Below, piece after piece: positions 1 to 11,523 of a DNA stretch of 64,000 nt (the stretch's first letter is position 1; each line of letters opens with the position of its first letter). The stretch comes from Felis catus (taxonomy: Eukaryota), in the NCBI RefSeq assembly GCF_018350175.1, contig NC_058382.1:18104001-18168000 (forward strand), given 5' to 3'. Both the position numbers and the translations under genes were made by a program. Below the pieces are notes generated by a model. The model was not told the origin of the DNA. It made no database searches and worked only from the letters and a program-made list of their open reading frames with translations.

Positions 1-113
1 CTGTCCTTGGTGGGCCGTTTTCCCAGGTCCGAGTGAGAATAGCTCAGGTCCAGCTCTGGGGGTTCCCCCCGAAGGCCCAGCAGCCTCCTCTCAGATCCCA
101 GTCGCCTCTCGCT
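1..113 (-). CDS. MAG: MAG terminal coding exon (L-MAG cytoplasmic tail), truncated by the window edge
   Basis: Acceptor ttccag|AGCGAG; translates SERRLGSERRLLGLRGEPPELDLSYSHSDLGKRPTKD... Confidence 0.96.
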
Positions 114-770
114 CTGGAACAGAACCAGCCCGTTAGGAGGCCCTCGTTTCCACCTTTTCCAGAGGCTGCGGTTACGTGCGCCTGCACGGCCCCAGAGTTG
201 AGTCCCAAAGCCCCACGTGAACCTCCTTTCTCGTCCCACCCTGGGGCCTTCGCCCCCACGGGTGCCCCGACGCACAACCACCTCCTCCTTGCTGAGCCCG
301 AAAGTCACCTACAAATTCAATGTCTCCGGGAAGCCCTCTTCAATGCAGGGATTTGAGGGGCATGCAAGTCAACCCATAGCATCTTCCCAGATTAAAGCCA
401 CCTGGTCGGGATCCCACCTTTCCAAATATTTGCAAATGCCCGGCTCAGTGCGTCCTTCCCTATGTTTGGGTCTGGTGAGGCTCCCCTCCGCAGTCTGCGA
501 GATCCTGCAGGTGTGACTTCGGCTTCCCTGTCATGTGCCCCATCCCCGCCCCCACCCGTTGGACACAGACACGGGGCAGCGGCCACAGACAGAAGGGAGC
601 AGCAACAGGACAGAATAGACAAGGCCAGGAGTGCCGGGCAGGGCCGGACTTGACCGGGAGCCGTCCTGGATGCCTGACGAGAACGCACACACATGCACGC
701 CAACCCCACGGCCCGACAAGGGCCCAGAGGCGGGCACACTGAGGCCCCCGGAACCTACCTCCTGGGGCGC

Positions 771-797
771 TCATTCCAGGGCAGAGACCTCTCTGGA
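771..797 (-). CDS. MAG: MAG alternative S-MAG exon, coding part (whole exon 759-797, 39 nt)
   Basis: Acceptor ccaatag|TCCAGA, donor GAG|gtaggt; encodes SREVSALE* in frame with the upstream exon. Confidence 0.9.
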   Translation of the reverse strand, partial: SREVSALE

Positions 798-1053
798 CTA
801 TTGGAGAAGGAAATGCAGTCACAGACCCGGGTGGGGAGGATGGGGGCTGCCCTCAGCGGAGCCCCTCGGCCCCCTTCACGGCCTCAGCCCGAGCGCCCTG
901 CCCCGCCCAGGTGCAGCCAGCCCTCCGCACTTCCTCCCTGCCCCTTCTGAGGGGCCGGCCTCCCTGCTGCCCCTTGGCCCCCCAGGCTCTCCCAGACCCT
1001 CCGTGTCCCTGGCACCCAGGTACTCCAGCTAAGCTGGAGCCACAGGCCCTCAC

Positions 1054-1153
1054 CTCATACTTCTCTGGTGCCCCAGAGATGCGGAAGTCGCTGCTGAACA
1101 GGACCGGGGGGTTGTCCCCCGCCGAGAAGCTGGGGCTCTCTGTCACGTTCTTT
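1054..1153 (-). CDS. MAG: MAG cytoplasmic exon (100 nt)
   Basis: cag|AAAGAAC...TATGAG|gtgagg; KNVTESPSFSAGDNPPVLFSSDFRISGAPEKYE. Confidence 0.96.
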
Positions 1154-1952
1154 CTGCAGGGCAGGACATGTCAGCCCCAGGGGGAGTCCCAGGCCTCCCT
1201 CTCCCTTCCATTTCTGCACCCCATCCACCTTAGGAGTTTCACTCAAGGGACCCCAGAGTGGTTTCCAGCCTTCTCTCTAAGATGGGGCAGACGGCCTCTT
1301 CAGAATGACCAGCCTCTTCCTGTCCCCCACTGCCCATCCCTCCACCTGGTCCCTGCCACTTTTCAGGACCCCGGTCTGGCTTCTAGGGGTTCTTCCCTGG
1401 CCCCGTCACACCCTCTTGCTGCCAGGATGTGGTGCAGAAAGATTAGTCCGCTCTCAGGGGAGCTGACGTGCGTGTGCCACAAGGCAGAGAAACAGCACCT
1501 TTGTGGCAGGGGGGTGTGGTTTGGGGCCGGGAGTGTTTCTGTTGCCAGAAATGAGGTGTGGGATCACCAGGGCCCTGGAACCACCTGGGGCCGACCCCGT
1601 GGTTGCGAGCCAGGGGTAGCTGGCATTCCCCCATCACGCTGCGGCCTGCTCAGGAGGAGGGCTCCCAGAGGGCAGGAGGCCATAACAGAGAACGCAGGGG
1701 ACAGGGACCCATCAGGGGAAAGTGCCCTCCCAAGCACTGGCGTGCCCTGAATGGCGGTGGCTCGTGTGGGCGGGAGCCTCTCTCCTCCATCCTTCGGAAC
1801 ATTCTCAGAGCAGAACTGCCCTCCCACACACAGACAGGGAGGCCTCCCTCACCCCCCCCCCCCCCGCCCCCCGGCAGCCTCTAACTGACCTCCCCGCCTC
1901 CCTAGCCCGGGAAGACTCCCCACGCCCAGATGAGCCCCGGCAGGCCACTCAC

Positions 1953-2049
1953 TTTCTCCGCGTCTGGGTGATGTAGCAGACGATGGCAATTAGGATGGCA
2001 AAGGCGACCACGGCTCCCACGGGGCCGATCTTGGCCCACATCAGGCGGT
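1953..2049 (-). CDS. MAG: MAG transmembrane exon (97 nt)
   Basis: RLMWAKIGPVGAVVAFAILIAIVCYITQTRR; canonical AG/GT. Confidence 0.96.
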
Positions 2050-2392
2050 CTGAGGACAGAAGACCCAGGCCCCCTCAGGGTTGCTGGCGGTAGTGAGGAC
2101 ACCCGGGTTCTTAGGAGCCAGGCTGGGGCAGAGGTGACAGTGAAAACATTTACACAGCTGGGGTGTCCTCGCCCTGACTGGCCCGGAGGGCTTAGCTGCC
2201 GGAGGGCCCAGGAGCGGACCCGGGAGAGCACAGGCAGACTCAGGACAGCCCCTCCGTATCACGCGGGAAGGGCACCCTTACCACCTGATCAAGCCGCGTG
2301 CTCGGCCGGCCTTGGGGAGGGCAGTGTGGATCCAAGAGGAGCCCCCTCCACCCCCACCCCCGTGGCTCCCGGCCCCGGCCCGCACCACTCAC

Positions 2393-2680
2393 GGGCTCCC
2401 TGGAAGGGCAGCTCCAGGCTCTTGGTGCCGTAGAGGTTGCGGGAGGTGCAGATGACCCGGGGCGGGGCCTGGGCCTGTCCCCGCAGCGTGAGGATGCTGG
2501 TGAGCAGGAGGCCGCTGCGCTCCGAGTACACGAACTCTCGCTCGGTCTCGTTCACGGTCACGTTGCGTGAGGGCAGCTCGAAGGCCACGGACGGCTCAGG
2601 GTTGGATTTCACCACGCACAGGCACTGCACTGTGTCCCGGGCCGCTGCACAGTGGGACTCCAACAGGATCACAGGGGCGA
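2393..2680 (-). CDS. MAG: MAG Ig domain 5 exon (288 nt)
   Basis: APVILLESHCAAARDTVQCLCVVKSNPEP...LELPFQGA; overlaps ORF 2289..2672; AG/GT. Confidence 0.97.
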
Positions 2681-3582
2681 CTGCGGGGGCAAGAAAGACC
2701 AGGACTCAGGGGACCAAAGGCCCCCCAGAGGCTGAGGGCCAAGGATAGCGGCGGCCGCGTCAGAGATGAGCTGTATTTCCCCCTTTGCAGAACCTCTTGC
2801 ACCCTCTCTTCGTTCACCTTGCAAAACACAAATGAGATCGTGATGAACCCCCCTCCCCCATGTCACTTACAGTGACATCCAAATTCATTTCCGGGTCTTG
2901 CAAGGCCCCCGCAGGACCCAGCCGCACTAATCTTCTCTCGCCATGGCTCCTTCCCAGTCGCACCGGCCTCCTCGCTGTTTTTTAAAGTTCATGGAGCTTT
3001 TTCCCACCTCAGGGTCTTTGCGTTTCCCCCTCAGCCTGGAACACTTCCCTGACATCGGCTGAACTCAGTCCCCTGCTCTGCTCAGATGACGCCTCTCTCT
3101 CCTACCACTCACGGAAACCGCACCTCGCTTCCCTGACTATGCATTGCCGGCAAGTTTGGGTCTGGTCCCCGGCACTTACCCCTACCCACGTTAGACGATC
3201 AATTTGGCTGGTCTCTTACTTCCATCAGGACAGGCTCTCGCTCGGCCTCCACTCTGTCCCCACACTTAGACCACGCCTTTCACGCAGCCGAGCTCTGTGA
3301 ACACTGGCAGGAACTACAGATGCCCCTGCTGATCGCTAGAACCCCCTTGCATCCTGACCGTCCCTCCCTTGGGGGCCCCCCACTGCCATTGGCACCGGCC
3401 CCCATCCTCCCCCCAAGATCATTGTGTTGAGCCTCCCTTTGCTGCCATTTGTATTACAAAACTGGGACTGCTCCGGTTTTTTTGTTGTTGTTTCTTTCAT
3501 TTTCCAAAATATGATCTTATAATAGGATCTCAAATGTTGCTTTTTTAAAATTTAAATCCAAGTTAGTTAACTTGAATGTTGC

Positions 3583-3794
3583 TTTTTATTTTATTATGTT
3601 TATTTATTTTTGAGAGACAGAGGGAGAGAGGGAGAGAGAGGCTGGAGGAGGAGTAGAGAGAGGGAGACAGAGGATCTGAAGCAGGCTCTGCATTGACAGC
3701 CCAGAGCCCGACACGGGGCTTGAACTCACAAACCGTGAGACCATGACCTAAGCCGAAGTCGGATGCTTAACTGACTGAGCCACCCAGGCGCCCC
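3583..3794 (-). mobile_element. Can-SINE (SINEC_Fc-like)
   Basis: tRNA-derived head ggggcgcctgggtggctcagtc, CT tract and A tail; TSD TGAATGTTGC. Confidence 0.92.
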
Positions 3795-6700
3795 TGAATG
3801 TTGCCAAGTTCTTTTTCCCTCCTGAAGAATCCAGCACTAGAGTCCGCTCACTCTAGACTGAGCTCTGGGTCTCAGTCCCGACCAAAACCCACTTACACGT
3901 GGGCAAAAGACTCTCAGGCCATCAATTCCCCCACTTATTTTCAATTTCCAGAAAACAAACAAACAAACAAAAAAAAAACAAGTCACAGTGATGGACCAGG
4001 TGTCACGTGACCGGATTCAAACTAGAGATGATTCCAGCTGGAACCTCAATGCGTTCATGCATCTAAATCTAGTAAATTAAACACGTATGGCCCAAATTTT
4101 GCCCAGGCAGACAGGCACTGTGCTTGCCGTAGTGTTAACGAGTTAACACACCACAGGGTACATTAACAATGACAAACCTGAACTATCACATTTTTAAAAA
4201 AACCTTTTCACGCACGACTGCGGCGCTGTGCCCGACGCCAGCCTCCCGCCACTCTGCCCGTACATGCTCAGTGTCTCCGCAGCTTTGCGGGCAGCCCGGG
4301 ACGCCTAGGAAACCCTGGCTGACCTTACGCAGACCCCAAGTTCCACAAAGAGCGGGGAGTTCTGGAAGCCCAGCCGGAAGCCCAGCTCCGCCCCGATCAG
4401 GCCATTCAGCCTCCCTGGGTCTCCAGGATGGAGTTTTCATCTGTGCAAACAGGAGTATTGGTCCTTCCTCGAAAGGAGCTACGTGAACTCTGAAGGCGGG
4501 CTCACAAGCGCGATGCTCCCGAGGATTTAGGGGGAGATCGACAGAACCATCCCGGCAGAGGGAGCGTATGAGCAAAGCCTCGGCGGCAGGAAAGGCCGGG
4601 CGGGCATCCAGCCTGGAGTCCGAGGGAGAGATTAGCCGGAAGCGATGCCTCGGCCTTCCGGAGCGCATAGGACATGTCAGGCGAGGCACTGTGGGGGGGG
4701 CTCGCTAACCTCCACAGTCTTCACAACCTTCTCTGGGCTCAGCTACTGCCCTCATACCCAGTTTTCAGCGGAGGGGCGCAGCAAAGGTGGAGTCCCTTGG
4801 CCGGGACCACGCAGCAAGGTGGGGACAGGGCTGGGATGCTGACCAGCTCACACTTCAGTCTCCTTCTGTTAAACCGGGGTGAGGAACAGTCCCTCACCAT
4901 CACGTGTTGTTGTGACACCAAAATAGGTCAATGTGTGCCGACGGCTCAGACTGGTCCCCGCCCACAAACACTCAGGGGAGGCGAGCGCCACCTGCGTGTC
5001 CCACGCCGAGCTGGCCCTGGGATCAGCAGGCCAGCGGGAAACCCCAGGAAACCCCGCACTAGGAACACCCGCCGCCGTTGTCAGTGAGCACGAAACCCCT
5101 GGTGCTACAGGACAAAGCCTTCGGGAACAGAAAGGGGCCTCGGGGAAGCCTAAAGGGCTCAGCAGGTGTGGTGGGGGCAGGTGGGGGGGGGGCACAGCTG
5201 CTTTTCAACTCCAGCAGATTGAAGGCCTTCCACTCCCCATGTGTTATCAGAATGAGCCAGATTAAGCAAGTCCTTGGGTCCCCAGGGCTGTGGGGACGCG
5301 AAGCCGCCACGGGTTTGAGAGCAGAGGCAGACGAGAGTCCAGAAGGATCCTGGCTCTACACAACCTTCCTAGCTGCATGGTCTTGGGGGATTCTGACCTT
5401 GGTTTTCTCCTCGCTCCAAGAGGAGATGATGATAGCACATACGTGCTTCACAGGGTGGCCATAAAGGCTCAGCAAAGTAACACCGCGGAAGTTAGAATCC
5501 TGCCCAGAGCAGACCGTTCATGACCCCTGGCCACTCTTACTGCACAGGGGTCTGTGACTACAAACGTATGTGAGATGGGGTGGTGTGCACGTTCCGCGGC
5601 TTCCATCAGATTCTCTGGGGCTCTCCGCCTCTAAAACCCAAGATCCACTGGCTTGGGGTGTGACAGGGAAAGGGGGCGTAGCAGTAGGAGGAAGCTGGGC
5701 CCAGGAGGGCAAGCATGGAGAAAGCAGAGGACCCCACAACGCGCGATCACCTCGGACGCTGCGGGCAGAGAACGTGCGCAGAGGTGAAAGGCCAGCCGAG
5801 CCTGTGTGGCCACCCCTCTGCCACAGAAGGTGGCCCTCCAGAAATAATCTGTATCTACCACGTACTGATTATCGCCACATACACGGTATTGAGTATGGAT
5901 TGTGCTCAGTGCCTTCCGGCAAACCCGTGTGGTGGGGACCACGGTAGGGGGAGTCACGGAGGCCAGGAGCGGAAAAGCCTGGAGACTAGTGTCGGAGGGC
6001 CAGGCCGGAGCTAAAAACGAAGCAGATGGAAATGTGGAGAGGACACTCCAGAGGTAGTCGCGGCAGGAGAGGGAGCGGAAACGTTGACTTGGGAGCCGCG
6101 GCCCTGAAGGGCGGCCCCGTGCCAGGGTGGGGGTGGGGCCGTTGGTGGTGACGTCGGGAGAGGTGCTGCTTGCCAGTGGAATGAGGAGTTCCATTTCGAA
6201 GACAGTTAGCTTTCTATGTGCATCCACCCCACCTCTCTGGCTACACTGTATCTGATAATAAAGCTTGGTGCCCTCTTGGTCCCCTCCCCCACATCCCACA
6301 GAGCCACACTGCCCTTTGCACAGCACAACTGTCTGATCAATGTATTCTGATGTAATAACAGAGGATGAAGTCAACTGTGGCAGTACGGAAAAGTGGAGCC
6401 AGTCTGCCTGGATTTGAACCGTTTTCTGGCTGTGTGACTTTGGGGAAGTGGCATAACCTCGCTGGGCTTCCGTTTGCTTCTCCGGAAACTGGAGACAGGA
6501 CTAGAACCTCCCTCATGGGAATGTCATGTGGATGAAACGAGTGGATCCCTGTACAGAGCTTTCCAGCAACGCCTGGTACCCAGCAATGCAACACAGGGGT
6601 CAGAGGTCGTGATTACTGTTGAACGCAAAAGGCCACACGATCCAGAAATCTCTTTGGTGACAAGCACGCCCCAGGATGTGAGAACACAGTACTCTCAGGG

Positions 6701-6917
6701 GGGACTTTTAATTTCTTGCTGTGGATTCGGCTTCCCTACCTTCCCCATTCTCACCTGCTGGTGCAAAGCTGACCCCGGGTTGGGAGGCACGGATGCTTTC
6801 CAGTAATCCAGGTACCCCCACCCATCCATCCACCAAGGCAGGGAAGGTGAAGGAGGTCAAGTCCAGCCGGAAGTCAAGATCAAGTCAGCAGGGGAAGTGG
6901 GGGGGGCGGGTACTCAC

Positions 6918-7178
6918 ACTCCACGGATAGGTTGAAGGTGGTGGCCCTCTGGCCGTACTGGTTCTCAGCCACACACCAGTACTCTCCGTCATCCTCAGGC
7001 GTGACGGCAGGTAGTTCCAGCTGCAGCTCGCTCTCGTAGATGACCGTGGCCAGAATCTGCTTCTCCTTGAAGATGGTGAGAATAGGATCCGGGTTGCTCT
7101 GTGTGGAGCACAAGATGGAGACCGTCTCCCCCTCCACGGCCACCATTGTCCCGTTCACCATCGGCTTCCGGGGTGCAT
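6918..7178 (-). CDS. MAG: MAG Ig domain 4 exon (261 nt)
   Basis: APRKPMVNGTMVAVEGETVSILC...DDGEYWC...FNLSVE; AG/GT. Confidence 0.97.
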
Positions 7179-8288
7179 CTGGGGGGCAGGACAGGGGGCC
7201 GATGGTCAGAAGCCAAGGGTGCCTCTTCTGCCGGCCAACTCCCAGCCCCAACGTGACCCCATCCACCCTGACCTGAGCGCACCAGCTCAGGGTGGCTCGG
7301 GTGACCCCTGTCCTGGTTTATCCTGTTTACATCAACACGGGCTCTGCAGCCAGTGTACTTGTGTTTGAACCTCAGCTCTGCCCCTTCCCAGCTGTGAGTG
7401 GACCCATCTCCTAACGTCTCCAAGCCTCTGGAAAAGGAGCTTAATCAGAGTCCCAACCTCACAGGAGCCACTGGGAACCTAAGTGGCAGGCACTCCTGTA
7501 ACCCGAACAAGGGAAAATGAAGATTTCCAACCACGTGAGCAGACCCTATGTAAGTAAACAAACATACAGGAGGCAAGATGGGGATAACTGCTTTGGAGAA
7601 AAATTAATGTAATGGGAAATCAGGGAGTTACAGTTTTAACTGGGATGGTGAGGGAGGGCCTCCCTGGGTCTAGAAGAGGTGGGTCAGAGCCAGCCGTGGG
7701 GATGCCTGGGGGCAGAGTATTTGTGTAAAGCACTCTGAGTAAATCTTGGCTGTAGCTGTCATTATTATTATCCACAGCCCTGGGCATTTTGCCTCAATAA
7801 ATATTTGTGAATGAATGAATGACCTCTCCTTGGTTCCTAACAAAGAACCTCATCTGACCAGCCCCTCCCCATGGACTCCACAATACACACCGTGTAGGCA
7901 AGGGGCTGGGTGAGGTCCGGGGTCCCCTCATCCCTCCCACTAGAACTGCAACGGGGCTCATCTTGAAATGCAGATTTCCAGGGCCAAGATCTACTCCCAG
8001 AGCAGCCAAGGCTGTGGGCAGGAAGCTGAGTTTAACAGGCTTCCCCGGGGGGCGGGGCTGCATCTGTCCCCCACCTTGTCCCAGGGATGAGAGTGGTCAC
8101 AGTAGGTGTTCGCCAGATACTTTGGGAAGCAGGCGGGAACGCCTCGACCTGACGCCCTCCTCTCCATCTCCACCTCCACCTTGTATATGGCCTGGAGGGG
8201 GCCGGGCCCTGCGTGAGGCCGTGCGTGAGGCCGGTTTCCCCTAACCTCTCTGCCCCGGGGCCGGTGCTGGGGCGTGCAGGAGACTCAC

Positions 8289-8546
8289 ACATGACGCTGA
8301 GTCCCACGGTGCGGTTCTCCTGGCCATAGGCGTTCTCTGCCAGGCAGGCGTAGACGCCGTCCTCCGCGGGGGTCACCTCTTCCAGATCCAGGAACAGGCT
8401 CTCGGCCACGGCCTCCCGGAGCACCGTGCCGTCCCGCATCCACGTCAGCAGCGGCAGCGGGTTGCTGTCGGCCCCACAGAGCAGGCTGACATGCGAGCCC
8501 TCGATGGCCTCCACCGAGGCATTCATCTCCACGATCACCGGGGGGT
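8289..8546 (-). CDS. MAG: MAG Ig domain 3 exon (258 nt)
   Basis: PPVIVEMNASVEAIEGSHVSLLC...EDGVYAC...LSVM; AG/GT. Confidence 0.97.
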
Positions 8547-8652
8547 CTGAGGCCGGGGACACAGTGTGGGGTCAGGGGGCTGGGGCCGCAGACCCCGCCC
8601 CCGGCCCTGACCACCGCCCCCCCCCCCGCCCCAGCCCCACCCCCAGGCTCAC

Positions 8653-8949
8653 ACTTGACGTCCAGGCTGGCGTAGCCCTCGAACTGCAGAGTAGTGTTGG
8701 GGAAGGAGGCCTGGCAGCCCAGCCGGTGGCCGTTGGCCTCCCTAGTGGGCACGAAGTGTAGCAGCGACACCTGCACCCACGTGCCCTCGTCCTCGCGCAG
8801 CCGACCCAGCACGGTGGGCTCCCCCAGCCCTTCGTGGCCCAGCCAGCTCAGCTCCGGGCGCAGCTCTGGGCAGTTGTCAGGCACCATGCAGCTGACCTCG
8901 ACTTCCGTGCCTGCCACCACCTCCGGGGGGACCACGATGTTGGGGGTGT
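8653..8949 (-). CDS. MAG: MAG Ig domain 2 exon (297 nt)
   Basis: TPNIVVPPEVVAGTEVEVSCMVPDNCPELRPELSW...ASLDVK; AG/GT. Confidence 0.97.
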
Positions 8950-9380
8950 CTAGATGAGACAGGGGTGGTGGGGGCCGGGGGAGGAGGGAGGGCTGAGGAA
9001 GCAGCATCGGGCCACGGGCCACCTCTACCTTGTCCTACTTCATTCTCGGTACCTGGTTGCCTCCCCATCCTTGGAGACAGAATTCCCTACGACCCTCTCT
9101 CCTCCCCGTTACCTGTCACCCAGAAGTCCTCCACAATCAACCACAGGTGTGCAATAATGAAAATAATGCTATAATGCCCTGAGTACATGACACCAGTTTG
9201 ACTTGCCAGTCCTCCCAGCCATGCTAGTTAGGTGGGTAATATTAGTTTGCTCATTTTTGAGATGAGGAATTCTACTGAGACCACAGCTAGTGTGGAGTAA
9301 AACTGAACTTCAAACCCTGTCACTCTGGCTTCATAATCTGTGCTCTGGCTATGACATTATATCCCCTAAGGAACTTCTCT

Positions 9381-9580
9381 CTGGGTGGCTCAGTCCGTTA
9401 AGCATCTGACTTCAGCTCAGGTCATGATCTCACAGTTCGTGGGTTCCAGCCCTGCGTCGGGCTCTGTGTTGACAGCTCAGAGCCTGGAGCCTGCTTGGGA
9501 TTCTGTCTCCCTCTCTCTGACCCTCTCCCACTCACACTCTCTCTCTCAAAAATAAACAATAAACATTAAAAAAAAAAAAA
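9381..9580 (+). mobile_element. Can-SINE (SINEC_Fc-like)
   Basis: ctgggtggctcagtccgttaagc...(CT)n, aataaa, poly(A). Confidence 0.92.
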
Positions 9581-10408
9581 CCCTTCTCTCCTTTCCCGTG
9601 TTTTCTTTGGTTTATTTTCCGTGTGTGTGTCCGTGTCTGGCTGTGCCGGTGGGGTCTCTTTCTGCATCACGGCTGTGATCTGGCTCATTTAGCTCCGTGC
9701 TGATGGGAGATCCGAATCTAAGGGCTCCATGCTACAGGGCCTCTCAGACACTAGGCAGCGTGCCCTACTCTGATTGCCAAATCTGGCCCAGAACTGCATT
9801 TTATTTGGCCTAAATTTAGGATTTAAAAAAAAAAAAGATCTGAATCAGCAGCCAATGTTTAGGAATTGGGAGATTACACGGAAAAAACACACAGTTCTGG
9901 TTTACTCTTAAAAATTCAGATCGTCTGGGAGCGGTATCTGTGCATTCTCCCGGATCACCAGCTACCCAGAGCAGGGTCCCCTGTGCCAGGCGCTGCTCTG
10001 AGCACTCGTAACTCTTCACTCGTTGAGCTCTAAGTGCTGTTCCCATCCCCGCCTTACAGACGAGGGAAGCACAGCCCAGAGAAGTGAAGTAATTTGCCCC
10101 CAGTCACCCAGCTGACACAGGGATCCATCCAGAGGCCTCACCCCGAACCCCTGGGCCCCACTGCTTTTCTCCGAGTTGTTTCTAGAAGAGGAAGAGCGCT
10201 CATATTCCTCTGAGGGCAATAAGACTATCCGGGGCCTTAGTCTGCTGTCGTCCGCCTGGTCCGTGTGGGCGTTGGGGTTTGCACCCCTCCCCCCAGCCAG
10301 ACCGAGAAGTCCCCGGACCTGCCAGCCCGGACCTCCCTGGAGAGGTCCCGGGGAAGACTTTGTGCACCGCCCCAGCCCGCAGCACCCGCGCACCCTCTGG
10401 GGACTCAC

Positions 10409-10777
10409 TGATGATGTCCAGAACACTGTGCTCAGAGAAGGTGTACTGGTTGTAGCCCCCGAGGTCCCCGCGGAAGTAGTACTTGCCGCCCAGCTCCGGG
10501 CTGAGGCTGCTGAGCAGCAGGGTGCAGTTGCGCATGCCCAGGTCCCCCAGGAGGCGGCTGCGGCCCTGGAAGCTCTCGTGCACGACTTGGGTTCGAGACT
10601 TGAAGACCACGGGGGGGTAGTTTTTCGGGTAGGGGCTGTTGAAGTACCAGACGCCGTGCACGACCGCCGGCCGCAGCTCGTCGGGGAAGTCGAAGCGGCA
10701 GGGGATGGAGACGCACGTGCCCTCGAAGGCAGAGATGGACGAGGGCATCCAGGCACCCCAGTGACCCCCTCGGGAGG
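10409..10777 (-). CDS. MAG: MAG (Siglec-4) V-set Ig domain 1 exon (369 nt)
   Basis: SRGGHWGAWMPSSISAFEGTCVSIPC...GKYYFRGDLGGYNQY, including the sialic-acid-binding Arg in FRGD; AG/GT. Confidence 0.98.
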
Positions 10778-10947
10778 CTGCAGGCAAGCGGGACCACTGA
10801 GGCGGAGGGACACGTCCTCCCTGACCCCCCGCCCCCATCCTCGCCCCCACTCCCCTGGCCTTCCACCGCCCTGAGGGCTCCAGGGGCCCACAGAGACAAC
10901 CCCAGCCTGCTCAGGGCCCCAGGACCCCCAGCACCCCTACCTCGTAC

Positions 10948-10993
10948 CTGAAATCATAATCCAAAACAGAGGCAGTGTCGTGAGGAATATCAT
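10948..10993 (-). CDS. MAG: MAG first coding exon, signal peptide (exon 10948-11016)
   Basis: ATG at 10993; MIFLTTLPLFWIMIS; donor CAG|gtacga, acceptor ttccag. Confidence 0.96.
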
Positions 10994-11463
10994 TTTGTAC
11001 AGCAAGCGAGCAACAGCTGGAAAGGGGAGGTGGTGGTGAGGGTTGCTTCTATTAAGGGGAGGTGGTGGTGAGGGTTGCTGCTGCTGGTATTATTATGGTC
11101 TGTAGTTGCAAACATTTCTATGGCATTGACCGCGTACGAGGCTTCAGCGCTTTACTCCGTGATATTAATTCGTGTGATCTCTTTGAGGTAGGTGCAGTTA
11201 TAACCCACACTTTACACTGAGGTCCAGAGAGGTTAAGTAACCTGCCCAAGGCCACACAGCCCGCAAGTGGCAGAGTTAGGATTCAAGCCCTGTCTGCCTA
11301 GCTCTGGGTCTGCAGACTTCACCACCGAACCACCCTGATAATTAGCCTCCTTGTCCTCGTGCCCCTGGGCACCTCGAGAAAGTAAGGACAGAGCCAGGGC
11401 TGGGCCAGCAGCGGGAAGCGGGGGAAGCCAGGGGGAAAGAGAAGTTGGAACCCCGCCCCTCAC

Positions 11464-11523
11464 CTCCGTATCCCTGAGTTGGGAATGTCTTCGGGTCTCA
11501 CTTGAAGCGGTCAGCCAGCCAAC
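11464..11523 (-). other. MAG: MAG non-coding 5' UTR exon 2
   Basis: ctcgttccag|GTTGG...GGAG|gtgagg; resembles the known alternatively spliced MAG 5' UTR exon. Confidence 0.75.

Noticed and set aside
911-1750. 279-aa plus-strand ORF antisense to MAG
   Set aside because: No domain and no coding-like composition; GC-rich intronic sequence.
4169-6374. CpG-rich stretch with several ORFs inside the long MAG intron, considered as a nested gene or retrocopy
   Set aside because: No recognisable protein; parts resolve to MIR-like (about 5330-5490) and MER5-like (about 5540-5650) remnants.
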